From the NCBI GenBank assembly GCA_039588295.1, contig JBDHAB010000015.1, positions 1-64,000 on the forward strand: DNA of 64,000 bases, written 5' to 3'. Under the pieces are notes generated by a model, which was not told the DNA's origin, searched no databases, and was given only the letters and a program-made list of their open reading frames with translations. The position numbers were made by a program, and so were the translations under genes. Below are positions 49,090 through 59,531 of this stretch, piece by piece (the stretch's first letter is position 1; every line of letters begins with the position of its first letter). Source of the stretch: Gemmatimonadota bacterium. GTDB taxonomy: Bacteria; Gemmatimonadota; Gemmatimonadetes; Gemmatimonadales; GWC2-71-9.

Positions 49090-49920
49090 CTACTCAGTCA
49101 GCGCGCCCGCCAACTCCCCGCTGCTCCCCCAGCGCCTCCCCGGGTCCTTCTCCAACGCGCGTAGGATCGCGTCCTCCACATGCTGGGGAATGTCCGGGCG
49201 CACCACCCGCACGGACGGCGGTTGTTCGGCGACGTGCCGGGCGATGACGGCCTGCGGTGTGCGGCCGGTGAAGGGCGGTTCGCCGGCCAGCATCTCGTAC
49301 AACACACACGCAAGGGAGTAGACGTCGCTTCGGTGGTCGAGTTCCCTCTCGCCGGACGCCTGCTCGGGGCTCATGTAGGTCGGGGTGCCGACGATGAGTC
49401 CGCTGGTGGAGATGCGCTCACCCCCGGCTGCAACGACCGCCCGCGCGACACCGAAGTCGCAGATCATCGCCCGACCGTCGTCGAACATGACGTTCTCCGG
49501 CTTGATGTCGCGGTGGATGACCTCCTGCGCGTGCGCGTAGTCGAGTCCCGCCGCCACGTTGGTCAGGATTGCGACCGAGTCGTGCACCGAGAGCCGCTTC
49601 TCCCGCTCGAGCCGCGTCCGCAGCGAGCCGCCATGCGCGAACGGCATCACGTAGTAGACGAACGACCGCGACTCGCTCGACTCGAGGAGGGGTAACACGT
49701 TGGGGTGGTCCAGCCTGGAGAGAATCGCGATCTCTTGGTGAAACCGTTCGTGCAGAATGGTCACCGCGAACTCCGGACGCAGCACCTTGACCGCGACGTC
49801 CCGGCCGCTCGCGAGATCCTTCCCCGCATACACCAGCGACATCCCGCCCTTTCCGAGCGAGTGGGTGATCTCGAAGCGGTCGGCCAGGGCCTGCTTGACG
49901 GTCTCGAGCTGTACGGGCAC
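49090..49920 (-). CDS. Stand-alone Ser/Thr kinase domain protein
   Basis: LGKGGMS, VAVKVLRP, HRDIKPEN, DFG, GTPTYMSPEQ; ends just after the kinase domain; GTG 49920 with GGAGG SD. Confidence 0.9.
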   Translation of the reverse strand: MPVQLETVKQALADRFEITHSLGKGGMSLVYAGKDLASGRDVAVKVLRPEFAVTILHERFHQEIAILSRLDHPNVLPLLESSESRSFVYYVMPFAHGGSLRTRLEREKRLSVHDSVAILTNVAAGLDYAHAQEVIHRDIKPENVMFDDGRAMICDFGVARAVVAAGGERISTSGLIVGTPTYMSPEQASGERELDHRSDVYSLACVLYEMLAGEPPFTGRTPQAVIARHVAEQPPSVRVVRPDIPQHVEDAILRALEKDPGRRWGSSGELAGALTE

Positions 49921-50069
49921 GGGAGGCTGCCTCCACCGCGACGTCGCACAGCATACGGCCCGCGGGGCGCGGCCGCCAGAGTGCGGCGGCGTCCCACGAT
50001 TCCCGACCACCCGATTCGGGCATCCATCTGGAGATAGGAATGGGCGCCCAGACGGTCGGGGCTGACGGC

Positions 50070-50612
50070 CTAGCTCCCCCCTCCTCCGAACCAGCCGGTG
50101 GCATCGAAGACGTAGACGATACTCACGTACTTGAGAGCGAGGCCTAAGAAGCTGAACGTAAAGGCACGGACCACGCCGAACCGGGTCATGCCCGCCACCA
50201 GCATCATGTTGGGGGATGACAAGGGGAAGAGATTGAACACGAAGATGGCCCAACTGCCCCACTTCTTGACGATCTCGCGGAACCGCTCGAACCGCTTCTC
50301 ACCGATAAAGTTGCGGACGACGGCGCCGGCCACGAGCCGGCCGATACTGTAGTCGATTGCCTGAGCCGCGAGAGCGGTGATCACCGCCAATACGATCAGC
50401 ACCGCCCCGCCGTGACCCTCGGCCATGTAGTACGGCAGCAGCGCCTCCACCGGCATCAAAAGGAAGAACAGGTAGCCGGCGAAGTGGACGATCCCGAAGG
50501 ACGTGAGGCCGGGCTGGCGACCGGAAAACACCTCGCGGCCCAAGGTGGAAGACACGATGAAGATTGCCACCACGACCGTGAGGACTCCGAGCAAGAGCCT
50601 GCGTCTACTCAT
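50070..50612 (-). CDS. DedA/VTT (YqaA-like) membrane protein
   Basis: LMPVEALL, IDYSIGR, KWGSWAIF...FPL, AGM; hydrophobic. Confidence 0.75.
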   Translation of the reverse strand: MSRRRLLLGVLTVVVAIFIVSSTLGREVFSGRQPGLTSFGIVHFAGYLFFLLMPVEALLPYYMAEGHGGAVLIVLAVITALAAQAIDYSIGRLVAGAVVRNFIGEKRFERFREIVKKWGSWAIFVFNLFPLSSPNMMLVAGMTRFGVVRAFTFSFLGLALKYVSIVYVFDATGWFGGGGS

Positions 50613-50661
50613 CGCGCCCGGGAAGCTCCGGGACGTCGCCGCTCATCCAGTGGGGTCCCGC

Positions 50662-52026
50662 TCAACAAGGCTCTCCGCGTCGGGCCCTGCGGGGGAAGAC
50701 GATGACGCTCTCATTTCCGTCGGCCCCGACCGCAGCCACACCAAAAAAGTAGTTGTCGATGATCAGCCCCTCGAACGCGTGAGCCGGCACATCACCAACC
50801 CAGCGAGTGTGGTCCCAGGTCGGTGAATCGGTGAGCCGCCAATACACCCGGTAGCCAGCGACCCTCTCGGGGTCTGTCGGCGGCTCCCACGCCAGGCGGG
50901 CGTGTGGCTGCACCGCACCGCACACCCGTACCTCACGAGGCGGGCCAGGCGCCCCCGCCAACGCTGCCAGCGTTGCCGCGTTGAGGGCGGTGAGCTTGGC
51001 GGCGTAATCGAAATCCACGCCTTCGATCACGTCACCGTACGCGATCCCCTCCTCCACTCTGATGTCCTGATGCTGGCGGTGGTAGTTCTCGTTCGTCTCC
51101 ATGATCCGGACCGCCGGGAACCCGAGATCGGCGAACGGCCGGTGATGCCCGCCGCGGCCGAACCGGTCGAGCCGGTAAACCATGATGATGTCCAGATTCG
51201 TGACGTACCGATCCGCGATACGGTCGACGTACCGCGCGAGCTGCCTGGAGATGCCGTCGACCTCACCACCGGTGAACCGCCGTGTCCGACGCGCCTGTTC
51301 AGTCTCGGTCGGCGGCGTACCGTCGGAGAACACTCTGGCCGTCGTATTCTCGATGACACCGCTGATCCCCTCGACGTTTCCGATCATGTCGTTGTTGAGC
51401 ACGGCTTGGAGGTTCCAGCCACGGTCTACTGCCATCTGGGCGACGGTACGTCCGCCGAACAGCCCCTGCTCCTCTCCGGAGAGGGCGAGATAGGCGATGG
51501 AACCTGCAAACCGGTGCTTGGTGAGCAGGCGGGCAGCTTCGAGTGTGCCCGCGACACCACTCGCGTTGTCGTTCGCGCCGGGAGCCGAGTCGGTCGAGTT
51601 CATCCCGCTCGTAATGCGGCTGTCGATGTCGCCGCTCATCAGGACGACGCGGTTGGGGTCACTCGTCCCGCGCTGGAACGCCACCACGTTCACCACGTTG
51701 GTGGGTTCGGGCAGCCGACCACCAGCGGGGAAGAGCTCCGTGACGAAGAACACGTCGAGGCAGCCGCCGCAGGCCTGGGAGATGCGGTCGAACTCCGTCT
51801 TGATCCACCGGCGCGCAGCGCCGATGCCTCGGCTGTCGGACAGCGTATCGGACAGGGTATGACGGGTGCCGAACGACACCAGGGTGCGAATGTCCGATTC
51901 GATCCGATCCGCGGAAAGGGAACGTACGATGTCGTGGATCCGCGGATCGTCGCGCGGCGGTACCTGCTGTGCGACGAGCGGCCGGACAGCCATGAGAACG
52001 ACACATGGGAGCAGCGGGACGCGCAT
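50662..52026 (-). CDS. Secreted M28 family peptidase with a C-terminal FN3-like domain
   Basis: FGTRHTLSD, GDIDSR, PGANDNASG, GEEQGL, NNDMIG, DRFGRGGHH; LAW...GYRVYWR...VAAVG; start ATG 52026. Confidence 0.88.
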   Translation of the reverse strand: MRVPLLPCVVLMAVRPLVAQQVPPRDDPRIHDIVRSLSADRIESDIRTLVSFGTRHTLSDTLSDSRGIGAARRWIKTEFDRISQACGGCLDVFFVTELFPAGGRLPEPTNVVNVVAFQRGTSDPNRVVLMSGDIDSRITSGMNSTDSAPGANDNASGVAGTLEAARLLTKHRFAGSIAYLALSGEEQGLFGGRTVAQMAVDRGWNLQAVLNNDMIGNVEGISGVIENTTARVFSDGTPPTETEQARRTRRFTGGEVDGISRQLARYVDRIADRYVTNLDIIMVYRLDRFGRGGHHRPFADLGFPAVRIMETNENYHRQHQDIRVEEGIAYGDVIEGVDFDYAAKLTALNAATLAALAGAPGPPREVRVCGAVQPHARLAWEPPTDPERVAGYRVYWRLTDSPTWDHTRWVGDVPAHAFEGLIIDNYFFGVAAVGADGNESVIVFPRRARRGEPC

Positions 52027-52185
52027 GCTGCAGCTCCTGCGGCAGTGGTGCAGATGGTGGCCGGCCGAACCGGGTCCGCGACGTTGGCGAGGTACGCTAC
52101 GCCGGGGCATGGATTGACGCAAGTTACGTGCGTCGTAGCTTAGAACGTGCATCGGTGACACGGTTTCCAGCACAGGGAGCGGCTC

Positions 52186-52677
52186 ATGCAGCGTTCGAGA
52201 ATCATGCTTGTTCTGACGTGCGCAGTCCTCCTCGCTTGTACCCAGGAGGTGACGCGCCGCGAGATCCTCGTCGAGCAGCAAGTGGTAGAGGATCGCTTGA
52301 ACAGCTGGGTGCGATTGATGAACAACGCAAAGCTGGACAGCCTCATGCTGTTCTACGATCAAGTACCGGAGCTGCAGGTCCTCTGGTCTGACGGCCAGCG
52401 AACGGGGGGTTGGGAGGAGACGGAGCAAGGCATCCGAGATTTCTTTGGCGGCCTGCAGTGGATGAACTTCGTCGTGAGCGAGATCGAGGTGGAAGTGTTG
52501 AGCCAGCGGGCCGCGACCACGACGTTTCGTCACTCGACCGATATCATCCGCCGTGATGGTCAGCGGCTACCCGTTTCGTCGGGCCAAGGCACCCAAGTGT
52601 GGCTCAAGGATCAGGACGACGATCTTTGGAAAATCCACACGTCGCACGTTTCGGTGAGCCAGCCGTCAATGAACTAG
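52186..52677 (+). CDS. NTF2-like (SnoaL/DUF4440) lipoprotein
   Basis: Lipobox LLAC; C-terminal TQVW...WKIHTSHVS. Confidence 0.78.
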   Translation: MQRSRIMLVLTCAVLLACTQEVTRREILVEQQVVEDRLNSWVRLMNNAKLDSLMLFYDQVPELQVLWSDGQRTGGWEETEQGIRDFFGGLQWMNFVVSEIEVEVLSQRAATTTFRHSTDIIRRDGQRLPVSSGQGTQVWLKDQDDDLWKIHTSHVSVSQPSMN

Positions 52678-52846
52678 CGGGACGGGACAGCGAGTACGAA
52701 GACATGGGGGTGGAGCGGGGTTCGGTCCCGCGCCGCCCCCCGACCCCCCCGGCCGTCACCTGCCGTCAAGTTTTTGTGCCCCAACCGCTTGTGCGAATTG
52801 GACTTGTCTTGTATCCTATCGCAACCTTTCGCCGGAGGCCCGGCCG

Positions 52847-53962
52847 GTGTCGGACCCCTTTCTAAGCTCCGACGAATACGCCGAACGCGCTCACAAGCTC
52901 TACAACGAAGGTCTCTACGAGGCGGCAATCGCCGAGTTGCGGGAGGCAATAGACTGCTATCCGCACGCGGTAGAGCTGCACGTAGGCCTGGCCTACGTCC
53001 AGCTCGCATGCGAAGAGTTCGTGTGGGCGCGTGGCAGTTTCCAGAAGGCGCTGGCCCTCGATCCGAATGATGAGGAGGGGTTGGCCGGATTGGGCGAGGC
53101 GCTCCTCAAGCTCGGTGACCGTACGGGAGCGGTCCAGTGCTTCGACCGCGTGCTGGCGCTCGGGTTCCGCGAGGACCACGATCTGATGTTGCAGATCGGG
53201 CGCGCCCTGTTTCGAGAAGGCATGCTGCGCCACGCACGCGGCTTCTTCGAGATCGCCGTGGAGAAGCACCCGGACTCGTCGGACGCGACCGCGTCGCTCG
53301 GATACGCGGCGCACCGACTGGGCGACGAGGATGTGGCCCTCTACTGGCTGCGTCGGGCGCTGGATTTGGAGGAGGGGCACAGCGAGGCGCGCGTGTACCT
53401 CGGCAACCTCCTGTACGACCGCGGCGAGTACGAGGCGAGTCTGTTCCACTTCGAGCAGACCGAGCCTGTCGAGCACTACGACGAACTCGCCCTGTGGCGC
53501 ACGATCGAGTTGAAGAAGTCGATCTATCGCCTCCCGGGCAACGACCCGGAGCTTGTTCCCTGGCAACGACGGCTGGCGGATTTGGCCGGTGAGCGGGACC
53601 CGGTAGATCAACTCCTCACCGACATCGCCAACACGCAGCCCGATGGGACGGTCCGCGACCCCCGCCAGATCGAGCTGTTCGGCACGCTCCTCACAGAGCT
53701 CCAAGGCATGCAGCGGCGCCCACCCAGCGAGATTCACCGGGTCAAGACCGCTACCGGTGTGACCTATGCGGGGACCTGGGAAGAGATCGTGTTTCAGATG
53801 AAGATGGACGACCGCGATGGGCTGAGCACGTCGGTCGCCGAGTTCATGCAGCGGGTTGCAAAACGAAGCCGCCGGGATAGCGGGGTGATCATCCCCGTGT
53901 CCGACGCAAGGAGCTTCGTGGAGGGCGTGGCCGCGGCGGGCCTGGTGCAGATTCTGCGGTAG
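52847..53962 (+). CDS. TPR repeat protein with an unknown C-terminal domain
   Basis: Several TPR-like units (ALALDPNDEEGLAGLGEAL, EARVYLGNLLY); GGAGG SD before GTG. Confidence 0.85.
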   Translation: MSDPFLSSDEYAERAHKLYNEGLYEAAIAELREAIDCYPHAVELHVGLAYVQLACEEFVWARGSFQKALALDPNDEEGLAGLGEALLKLGDRTGAVQCFDRVLALGFREDHDLMLQIGRALFREGMLRHARGFFEIAVEKHPDSSDATASLGYAAHRLGDEDVALYWLRRALDLEEGHSEARVYLGNLLYDRGEYEASLFHFEQTEPVEHYDELALWRTIELKKSIYRLPGNDPELVPWQRRLADLAGERDPVDQLLTDIANTQPDGTVRDPRQIELFGTLLTELQGMQRRPPSEIHRVKTATGVTYAGTWEEIVFQMKMDDRDGLSTSVAEFMQRVAKRSRRDSGVIIPVSDARSFVEGVAAAGLVQILR

Positions 53963-53992
53963 CCCGCGATCACCCTCCTAATAGTAAGGAAG

Positions 53993-54027
53993 ACGGCCGA
54001 CGCGACCGCACGGTCTGCGTCGGCCGT
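53993..54027. terminator. Hairpin after the TPR gene
   Basis: ACGGCCGACGC-GACC...GGTC-T-GCGTCGGCCGT inverted repeat. Confidence 0.5.
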
Positions 54028-54089
54028 TGGCCACTCCGGGAGGGCAACCACCGGCCTGCCCTGTCATCGGAGCGGTTACCTTTCCGGCC

Positions 54090-56690
54090 ATGCCATTCGC
54101 CACCGACGTCGAACGACGGGTGCTTCCCAATGGACTGACGCTCCTGGTTCAACGCGATACCTCCGCCCCCGTGGTGGCGGTTGTGACCTACGTCAGAGCC
54201 GGGTACTTCGACGAACCGGACGCGTGGGTGGGGATCGCGCACGTGCTGGAGCACATGTACTTCAAGGGGACCGCCCGCCGAGGACCCGGCGACATCGCGC
54301 GTGAGACACAACAGGTGGGTGGCTACATCAACGCCGGCACGATCTACGACAAGACCGTCTACTACACGGTGCTGCCCTCGGCGGACGGCGGTCTCGAGAA
54401 GGCGCTGGACGTGCAGGCCGATGCGCTCATGCACGCGGCGCTCGATCAGGACGAGCTGCGCCGCGAACTCGAGGTCATCATCCAGGAAGCAAGGCGCAAG
54501 CGGGATACCCCGAGCGCCGTGATCACCGAGACACTGTACGAGCAGCTGTTCCGGGTCCACCGCATGCGTCGCTGGCGTATTGGCACAGAGCGGGGGCTCC
54601 GGCAACTCACGGCGGCTGACGTGCGTGCCTACTACGAGACTCGCTACACGCCGGACAGGGTGGTTGTCGCCTTGGTCGGCGCGCTTGATGTGGCCCACGC
54701 GGCGGCGATCGCAGAGGAGACGCTTGCCGGGTGGTCGCGACCGAGTGCGACCGTCGAAGGCTCCCCGCCCGAGCCATCCGGTACCGAGGCCTCTGGCCGC
54801 GTACTGCGCGGCGATGTGGAGCGCCCGCTGGCGAGCGTCGGATGGCGAACGGTCCCCACGCTCCATCCCGACGCCGCAGCCCTGGATGTTGCGGCCACGA
54901 TCCTGGGTGCGGGCCGTGGGTCGTCACTCTACCGGACGCTCAGGATTCCCGGAATTGCGGCCAGTGCCTACGCGAGTCACTACACGCCCACGGAGGTCGG
55001 TGTGTTCGAGCTCGGTCTCGAAGCCGATGCTGTGCACATCGATGAAGCAGTGGAACGATCGTGGGGTCTTGCGGCGCAGCTCGCCACCGCTCAGCCGGTG
55101 CAACCGGAGCTGGAGCGAGCGCGTGCGCTGTTGGCGACGTCGTGGGCGCGCCGCAACGAGTCGATGGAAGGCCGGGCGGCGGCGCTCTGCGAGGGGGAGG
55201 CCTTGGGCGACTACCACCTCGTCGACGATATGCTGCAGTGGCTGCTCGGCGTGTCGGCCGACGACGTCCAGCGCGTCGCAAGGGAGTACCTCGAGCCTTC
55301 GGCGGCATCGGTGGCGCTCTACCTCGGTGAGGACGGCGAGACCCGGTTCGAGAATGCCTGGCCGCCACGGACCGCGGGTGTCCAAGTGCTCCCACCCATA
55401 GCCGTGCATGAAGCCGGCTTGCCGCGTGCCGTGCGGCGCGCTGCGGAGCGCAATCGGCTCACGGGTGGCATCACGCATTGGGTCCTGCCGGGGATCGACA
55501 TCCTCGCCAGGCCAAAGCGCGGGTCGGGTGTGGTCACGCTCCAGTTCCAATTCCCGTGGGTCCCATCGTGCGAGGATGCGGACAGCGCCGGCATCTCCTC
55601 ACTCCTGGCCCGGACGGCGCTCCGCGGCGCCGGTGGCTTGCAGGCCGAAGCCTTGGCACAGGCGGCCGAGCTCCTGGGCGGGACGATCACACCGAGTGTC
55701 GGCTCGGAAACGATGGGGTGGAGGACCTCCGTGCGGCCGGAGGGAATGGAGCGCGCAGCACGGCTCCTCGCGATGTTGGCGCGCGAACCGCATCTGCAGC
55801 TCGATGACGTGACGCGGGAACGAGTGCTCCAAGCGAGCGACGCACGACGGGCGCGCGACGACATGTTCCGCTATCCCGCGCAGCAGGTGTTGGCGCAGGC
55901 ATTCCCTGACCACGCGTATGGCCTTCCGAGACTGGGAGAACCGGAACGGGTGCTCGGGTACGGCGTGGATATGCTGCAGGCGTGGTCGGGTCGGCTGCTG
56001 AACACGCGCCCCGTGCTGATCGCCGTGGGCGATTTCGTTCCGGACGACGTGCCCCGGCTACTCGAGCCGCTGGCGCAATGGGAGGCACTGACCACCCCGC
56101 CATCGTCCGCACTGCCGGCGCCCAGTTGGGCCGCGAGGCGAAGTTCCGAGCCGCGAGACAAAGAACAGTCCGCGATCGCGATTGCGTTTGCGGCGCCGCC
56201 GTTCGCCTCCCGCGAGCGCTATCCGCTCAGGGTCGTGGCGGCATTGTTGAGCGGCCTCGCGGGACGGCTGTTCGACGCGCTTCGTGAGCGGCGGTCGCTG
56301 GCGTACACGGTGACCGCAATTCCCTGGCTCGCGCGGCAGGCCGGGGCGATGCTCTGCTACATTGCGACTTCGCCCGACCGTGAGACCGAGGCGCGTGAGG
56401 GAATGCTGGCGGAGCTGCGTCGACTCGTGACTGAGCCGCCGACGACCGCCGAGCTCGATCGAGCCAGGAGTTACGCCGCAGGATCAGTGGAGATTCGGCA
56501 GCAGAGTGGTGGGGCGCTGGCGGGTGAGATTCTCGAAGCGTGGGTGCACGGCACGGTAGATGATCTGGACGCCGTCCCGGAGCGTTTGCGGCAGGTGAGC
56601 CACGAGGATGTCGTCACGGTGGCCGAGAGCGTGTTTCTCACCGACGAGTGGGCCGAATACGTGGTGCGGGGAACGGGCGGGTCGAGCTGA
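54090..56690 (+). CDS. M16 (pitrilysin-family) zinc peptidase, two-lobed single chain
   Basis: LPNGL, inverted zincin HVLEH, NAGT, C-lobe RLFDALRERRSLAY; start ATG 54090. Confidence 0.9.
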   Translation: MPFATDVERRVLPNGLTLLVQRDTSAPVVAVVTYVRAGYFDEPDAWVGIAHVLEHMYFKGTARRGPGDIARETQQVGGYINAGTIYDKTVYYTVLPSADGGLEKALDVQADALMHAALDQDELRRELEVIIQEARRKRDTPSAVITETLYEQLFRVHRMRRWRIGTERGLRQLTAADVRAYYETRYTPDRVVVALVGALDVAHAAAIAEETLAGWSRPSATVEGSPPEPSGTEASGRVLRGDVERPLASVGWRTVPTLHPDAAALDVAATILGAGRGSSLYRTLRIPGIAASAYASHYTPTEVGVFELGLEADAVHIDEAVERSWGLAAQLATAQPVQPELERARALLATSWARRNESMEGRAAALCEGEALGDYHLVDDMLQWLLGVSADDVQRVAREYLEPSAASVALYLGEDGETRFENAWPPRTAGVQVLPPIAVHEAGLPRAVRRAAERNRLTGGITHWVLPGIDILARPKRGSGVVTLQFQFPWVPSCEDADSAGISSLLARTALRGAGGLQAEALAQAAELLGGTITPSVGSETMGWRTSVRPEGMERAARLLAMLAREPHLQLDDVTRERVLQASDARRARDDMFRYPAQQVLAQAFPDHAYGLPRLGEPERVLGYGVDMLQAWSGRLLNTRPVLIAVGDFVPDDVPRLLEPLAQWEALTTPPSSALPAPSWAARRSSEPRDKEQSAIAIAFAAPPFASRERYPLRVVAALLSGLAGRLFDALRERRSLAYTVTAIPWLARQAGAMLCYIATSPDRETEAREGMLAELRRLVTEPPTTAELDRARSYAAGSVEIRQQSGGALAGEILEAWVHGTVDDLDAVPERLRQVSHEDVVTVAESVFLTDEWAEYVVRGTGGSS

Positions 56691-56711
56691 TGAGTTGGGC
56701 CGCGGGAAGTG

Positions 56712-57170
56712 CTAGAACATCGACATCGCGAGGAAAGAGCGGAGGTTCTCGTTCGTGATGCGCAACCGTTCCGAAAGCAGACGCACGACGCCCCAGAGCA
56801 CCTTGAACGCCAGGTCACGATCGAAATCCAGGAGCATCTCGAAATCGGACCGCGTGATGGTGAGCAATCGGCAATCGGTATTCGCGATAGCATCGGTGGA
56901 TCGCTCGGACCGGTCGAACACCGACATCTCGCCGAAGCAGGCGCCTTGCTTGAGTACCGCGAGCGCCTCTTCACCCGAGCCAGGTACCTGGCGAGAAACC
57001 CGAACGTCACCTTCGGCGATGATGAAGAGTCGGTTGCCCGGGTCCCCTTCCTTGAAGATCGTCTGGCCGAACTTGAAGTGTTGTTCTTTGCAGATCTCGG
57101 CCACGCGATCGATCTCATTGTCTTCGAGATCCTTGAAGATCGCCGCTTGCTTGATGAGTGCCGTGTCCAT
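56712..57170 (-). CDS. Stand-alone cyclic-nucleotide-binding domain protein
   Basis: IFKEGDPG, FGEMSVFD...RSTDA; no HTH; start ATG 57170. Confidence 0.88.
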   Translation of the reverse strand: MDTALIKQAAIFKDLEDNEIDRVAEICKEQHFKFGQTIFKEGDPGNRLFIIAEGDVRVSRQVPGSGEEALAVLKQGACFGEMSVFDRSERSTDAIANTDCRLLTITRSDFEMLLDFDRDLAFKVLWGVVRLLSERLRITNENLRSFLAMSMF

Positions 57171-57248
57171 GCAGCCTCTCGCGCCGTGGCGCGCCCCAGG
57201 GATATGCAAGTTATAGGTCGCCCGGGAGAGCGGCAAGCAAGACCACTG

Positions 57249-57752
57249 GTGCGCGCGCCGGATATTCTTACCGCGCTGCGGCTGCCGCTTGCCGCGGCGT
57301 TCGTCGTGTTCGATCACGGCCTCGCACGCCTGGCGATCGTGGTCATCGTGGCGGCCTCGGATTTCGTGGATGGAATTTGGGCACGTCGGATCGGTGGGTC
57401 TCGGCTCGGGGCCGCGCTCGATCCGATTGCCGACAAGGCCTTCATCATATCCGCGTTCGCGGTCGTGGCACGGAGCGGGGTGCTCGCTCCGGTCGAGCTG
57501 CTGGGCGTGTTGCTGCGCGATATCGTGGCGGTCGGGGCGTTCCTCGTGACGTGGGCGTTGCGGCGGCCGACCACGCTGCCGGCGCGAGCCGGCGGCAAGG
57601 CCGTCACGGTCTGCCAGCTGCTTACGCTCATTGCATTCCTGGCAGGGTCGGATCTCGTGCGGCCACTCGCCTGGGCCACAGCGGCGATCGCGGTGTATGC
57701 GATTGCCGACTACACACGCGCCGCGCCCAGCATCACGCGGCGCCCGCGCTGA
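57249..57752 (+). CDS. CDP-alcohol phosphatidyltransferase family protein
   Basis: PDILTALR, signature DFVDGIWARR...GAALDPIADK, GKAVT. Start is uncertain (GTG 57249 or ATG 57204). Confidence 0.88.
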   Translation: MRAPDILTALRLPLAAAFVVFDHGLARLAIVVIVAASDFVDGIWARRIGGSRLGAALDPIADKAFIISAFAVVARSGVLAPVELLGVLLRDIVAVGAFLVTWALRRPTTLPARAGGKAVTVCQLLTLIAFLAGSDLVRPLAWATAAIAVYAIADYTRAAPSITRRPR

Positions 57753-57842
57753 AGGGGGCGAGCTGGTTGCTCGAATCTCACCCGATCGATGCGTTCAGCC
57801 GGCATCGTGTGCTCATCGGGCTGTCGACGGGGAGAGTGATTC

Positions 57843-58259
57843 ATGCCGGAACTGAGAGCCATCCGGCTCGACTGGTCGGGTGATGGCCTGCGGTTCTCGG
57901 GTGGGGGGACCGAACCCGAGACGCCGCCAGTGGTCATCGATGGCGATGGTCGAGCGGGCCCGAGCCCGATGCTCACGCTGTTGCTGGCGGCGGCGGCGTG
58001 TTCGGGAGCGGACGTCGTTGTGATACTCGAGAAGATGCGGGTCGGCCTCCGCTCCCTGAGCGTCGATGTGCGCGGGATCCGGCGGGACGAAGAGCCGAGG
58101 CGCTACATCGATGTCCGGTTCCATTTCCGGATGGCGGGTGAGGGCTTGGATCGCGCAAAGGCTGAGCGCGCCGTCGGCCTCTCGCTGGACAAGTACTGCT
58201 CCGTGGTCCACTCGCTCGCATCGGATGTCGCGGTCGGTTATGAGATCGAGCTGGCGTAG
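57843..58259 (+). CDS. OsmC/Ohr family (YhfA-like) protein
   Basis: GPSPM..LL.AAAACSG and KYCSV conserved Cys pair. Confidence 0.9.
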   Translation: MPELRAIRLDWSGDGLRFSGGGTEPETPPVVIDGDGRAGPSPMLTLLLAAAACSGADVVVILEKMRVGLRSLSVDVRGIRRDEEPRRYIDVRFHFRMAGEGLDRAKAERAVGLSLDKYCSVVHSLASDVAVGYEIELA

Positions 58260-58710
58260 GCTGCTGAGCGGTGTGATCGCCGGTGTCGGGCTGACCGGCT
58301 CGCTCGAGGCGCAGGCCACGCGCGAGCTGCAGGTGCAGGCGCTCGGTGCGTTCGCGTCCGCCGAGTTCATCGGGGGCGGCCTGGGCGTCGCGCTGCGGAC
58401 CCGCGGCCGTGCACGGGTCGGAGTGACGCTGAACGCCGGTGATCTCGATGGATCTTTGGCCGGTCGTGCCGAAGCCGTCGCGTCGTATCATCTCAACCCA
58501 TACGCCGTCCGCGGAATCACGCCTTACGCCGGTGGTGGTGTCGCGGTAGCGGCGACCGAGGTGGAAACCTTCGAGTATGTCGTGATTCTCGTGGGGGTGG
58601 AGACCACACCCGGCCGACGCAACGGATGGTTTGCCGAGGTTGGGATCGGTGGTGGGGTTCGGGTCTCGGCCGGATTCCGAGTTCGCTGGCGCTCACGCAG
58701 TCGGCGCTAG
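58240..58710 (+). CDS. Hypothetical small outer-membrane beta-barrel-like protein
   Basis: Signal-like N-terminus; alternating beta strands (TPYAGGGVAV, WFAEVGIGGGVRVSAGFRVRW). Confidence 0.6.
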   Translation: MRSSWRRLLSGVIAGVGLTGSLEAQATRELQVQALGAFASAEFIGGGLGVALRTRGRARVGVTLNAGDLDGSLAGRAEAVASYHLNPYAVRGITPYAGGGVAVAATEVETFEYVVILVGVETTPGRRNGWFAEVGIGGGVRVSAGFRVRWRSRSRR

Positions 58711-58719
58711 CGTTCCCGT

Positions 58720-58752
58720 CAAAAAAAGAACCCCGCTTTCATGGCGGGGTGT
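58720..58752 (-). terminator. Intrinsic terminator
   Basis: Minus strand ACCCCGCC-ATGA-AAGCGGGGT followed by TCTTTTTTT. Confidence 0.8.
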
Positions 58753-58779
58753 TGATCATACGAAGCGGCGAACCGTCGT

Positions 58780-59040
58780 CTAGCTCGGTGCGCCGACGAT
58801 GGGGCGCGAGATGACCGGCTGACAATAGCGCTCGCCCAGCCCTCGTAGATCTGCCAGCTCGGCCTCGGTGAGCGTGGGATACCGCTCCGCCATGTACTCG
58901 ATGGTGTCGTCGAACCACTCCTTCTGATGCTCGGGCGTCGCCTGGATCACCCCACACCGAAGAATGTGGTTGTACAGCTCGTCCCTCGCCTTGTCGAGCG
59001 CTGACGGATTACCTTGCTTCGTCGGACGTTTCTTTCCCAT
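58780..59040 (-). CDS. Hypothetical helical protein (86 aa)
   Basis: GGGAG SD; protein-like composition; followed by a terminator. Confidence 0.75.
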   Translation of the reverse strand: MGKKRPTKQGNPSALDKARDELYNHILRCGVIQATPEHQKEWFDDTIEYMAERYPTLTEAELADLRGLGERYCQPVISRPIVGAPS

Positions 59041-59207
59041 GCGGTGGTCTCCCCTGTGACGCGCTGGCCCACGCGTTCCGCGAGGAAAGTAAACAGCTAA
59101 GTCGCGGCATGCAAACCGCCTGCGCTCGATCGAGTGAGTAGATTTCCGTGGCTGGCCAAGCAGCGGCCGGGCGGATGTGGCACATGTAGGTTCGTGATGG
59201 AGTGGCC

Positions 59208-59531
59208 ATGCAGGAACCGACCTATAATGAAGAAGCGCGCACCCGGCGGTTGATCGAGCTGCTGCGGGCGCTGGCGGCCCGGATCCGAGCGCTCGAGGGC
59301 GACGAGGACCTCCTGGCGGCCGGCCCGGAGTTGCTCAAGCTCATGGGTGACGCCCGCAGCGAGCTGTTCCACTATGAGGTGCGGTGCACCTACGACTCGC
59401 CAGAAGTGGCCGAGAGTCGCCGGATCGTGGATCAGGCGCGCAAACGCATGCGGTCGTTGGAATTCACCGAGCCAAGCCAGGAACTCGAAAGTGAGGAGGG
59501 TGACGAGCCATGGCGCGGTCGACAAACCTGA
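59208..59531 (+). CDS. Hypothetical helical protein, first gene of the dsbA-ccm operon
   Basis: GGAG SD; overlaps the dsbA start; coiled/helical composition. Confidence 0.7.
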   Translation: MQEPTYNEEARTRRLIELLRALAARIRALEGDEDLLAAGPELLKLMGDARSELFHYEVRCTYDSPEVAESRRIVDQARKRMRSLEFTEPSQELESEEGDEPWRGRQT

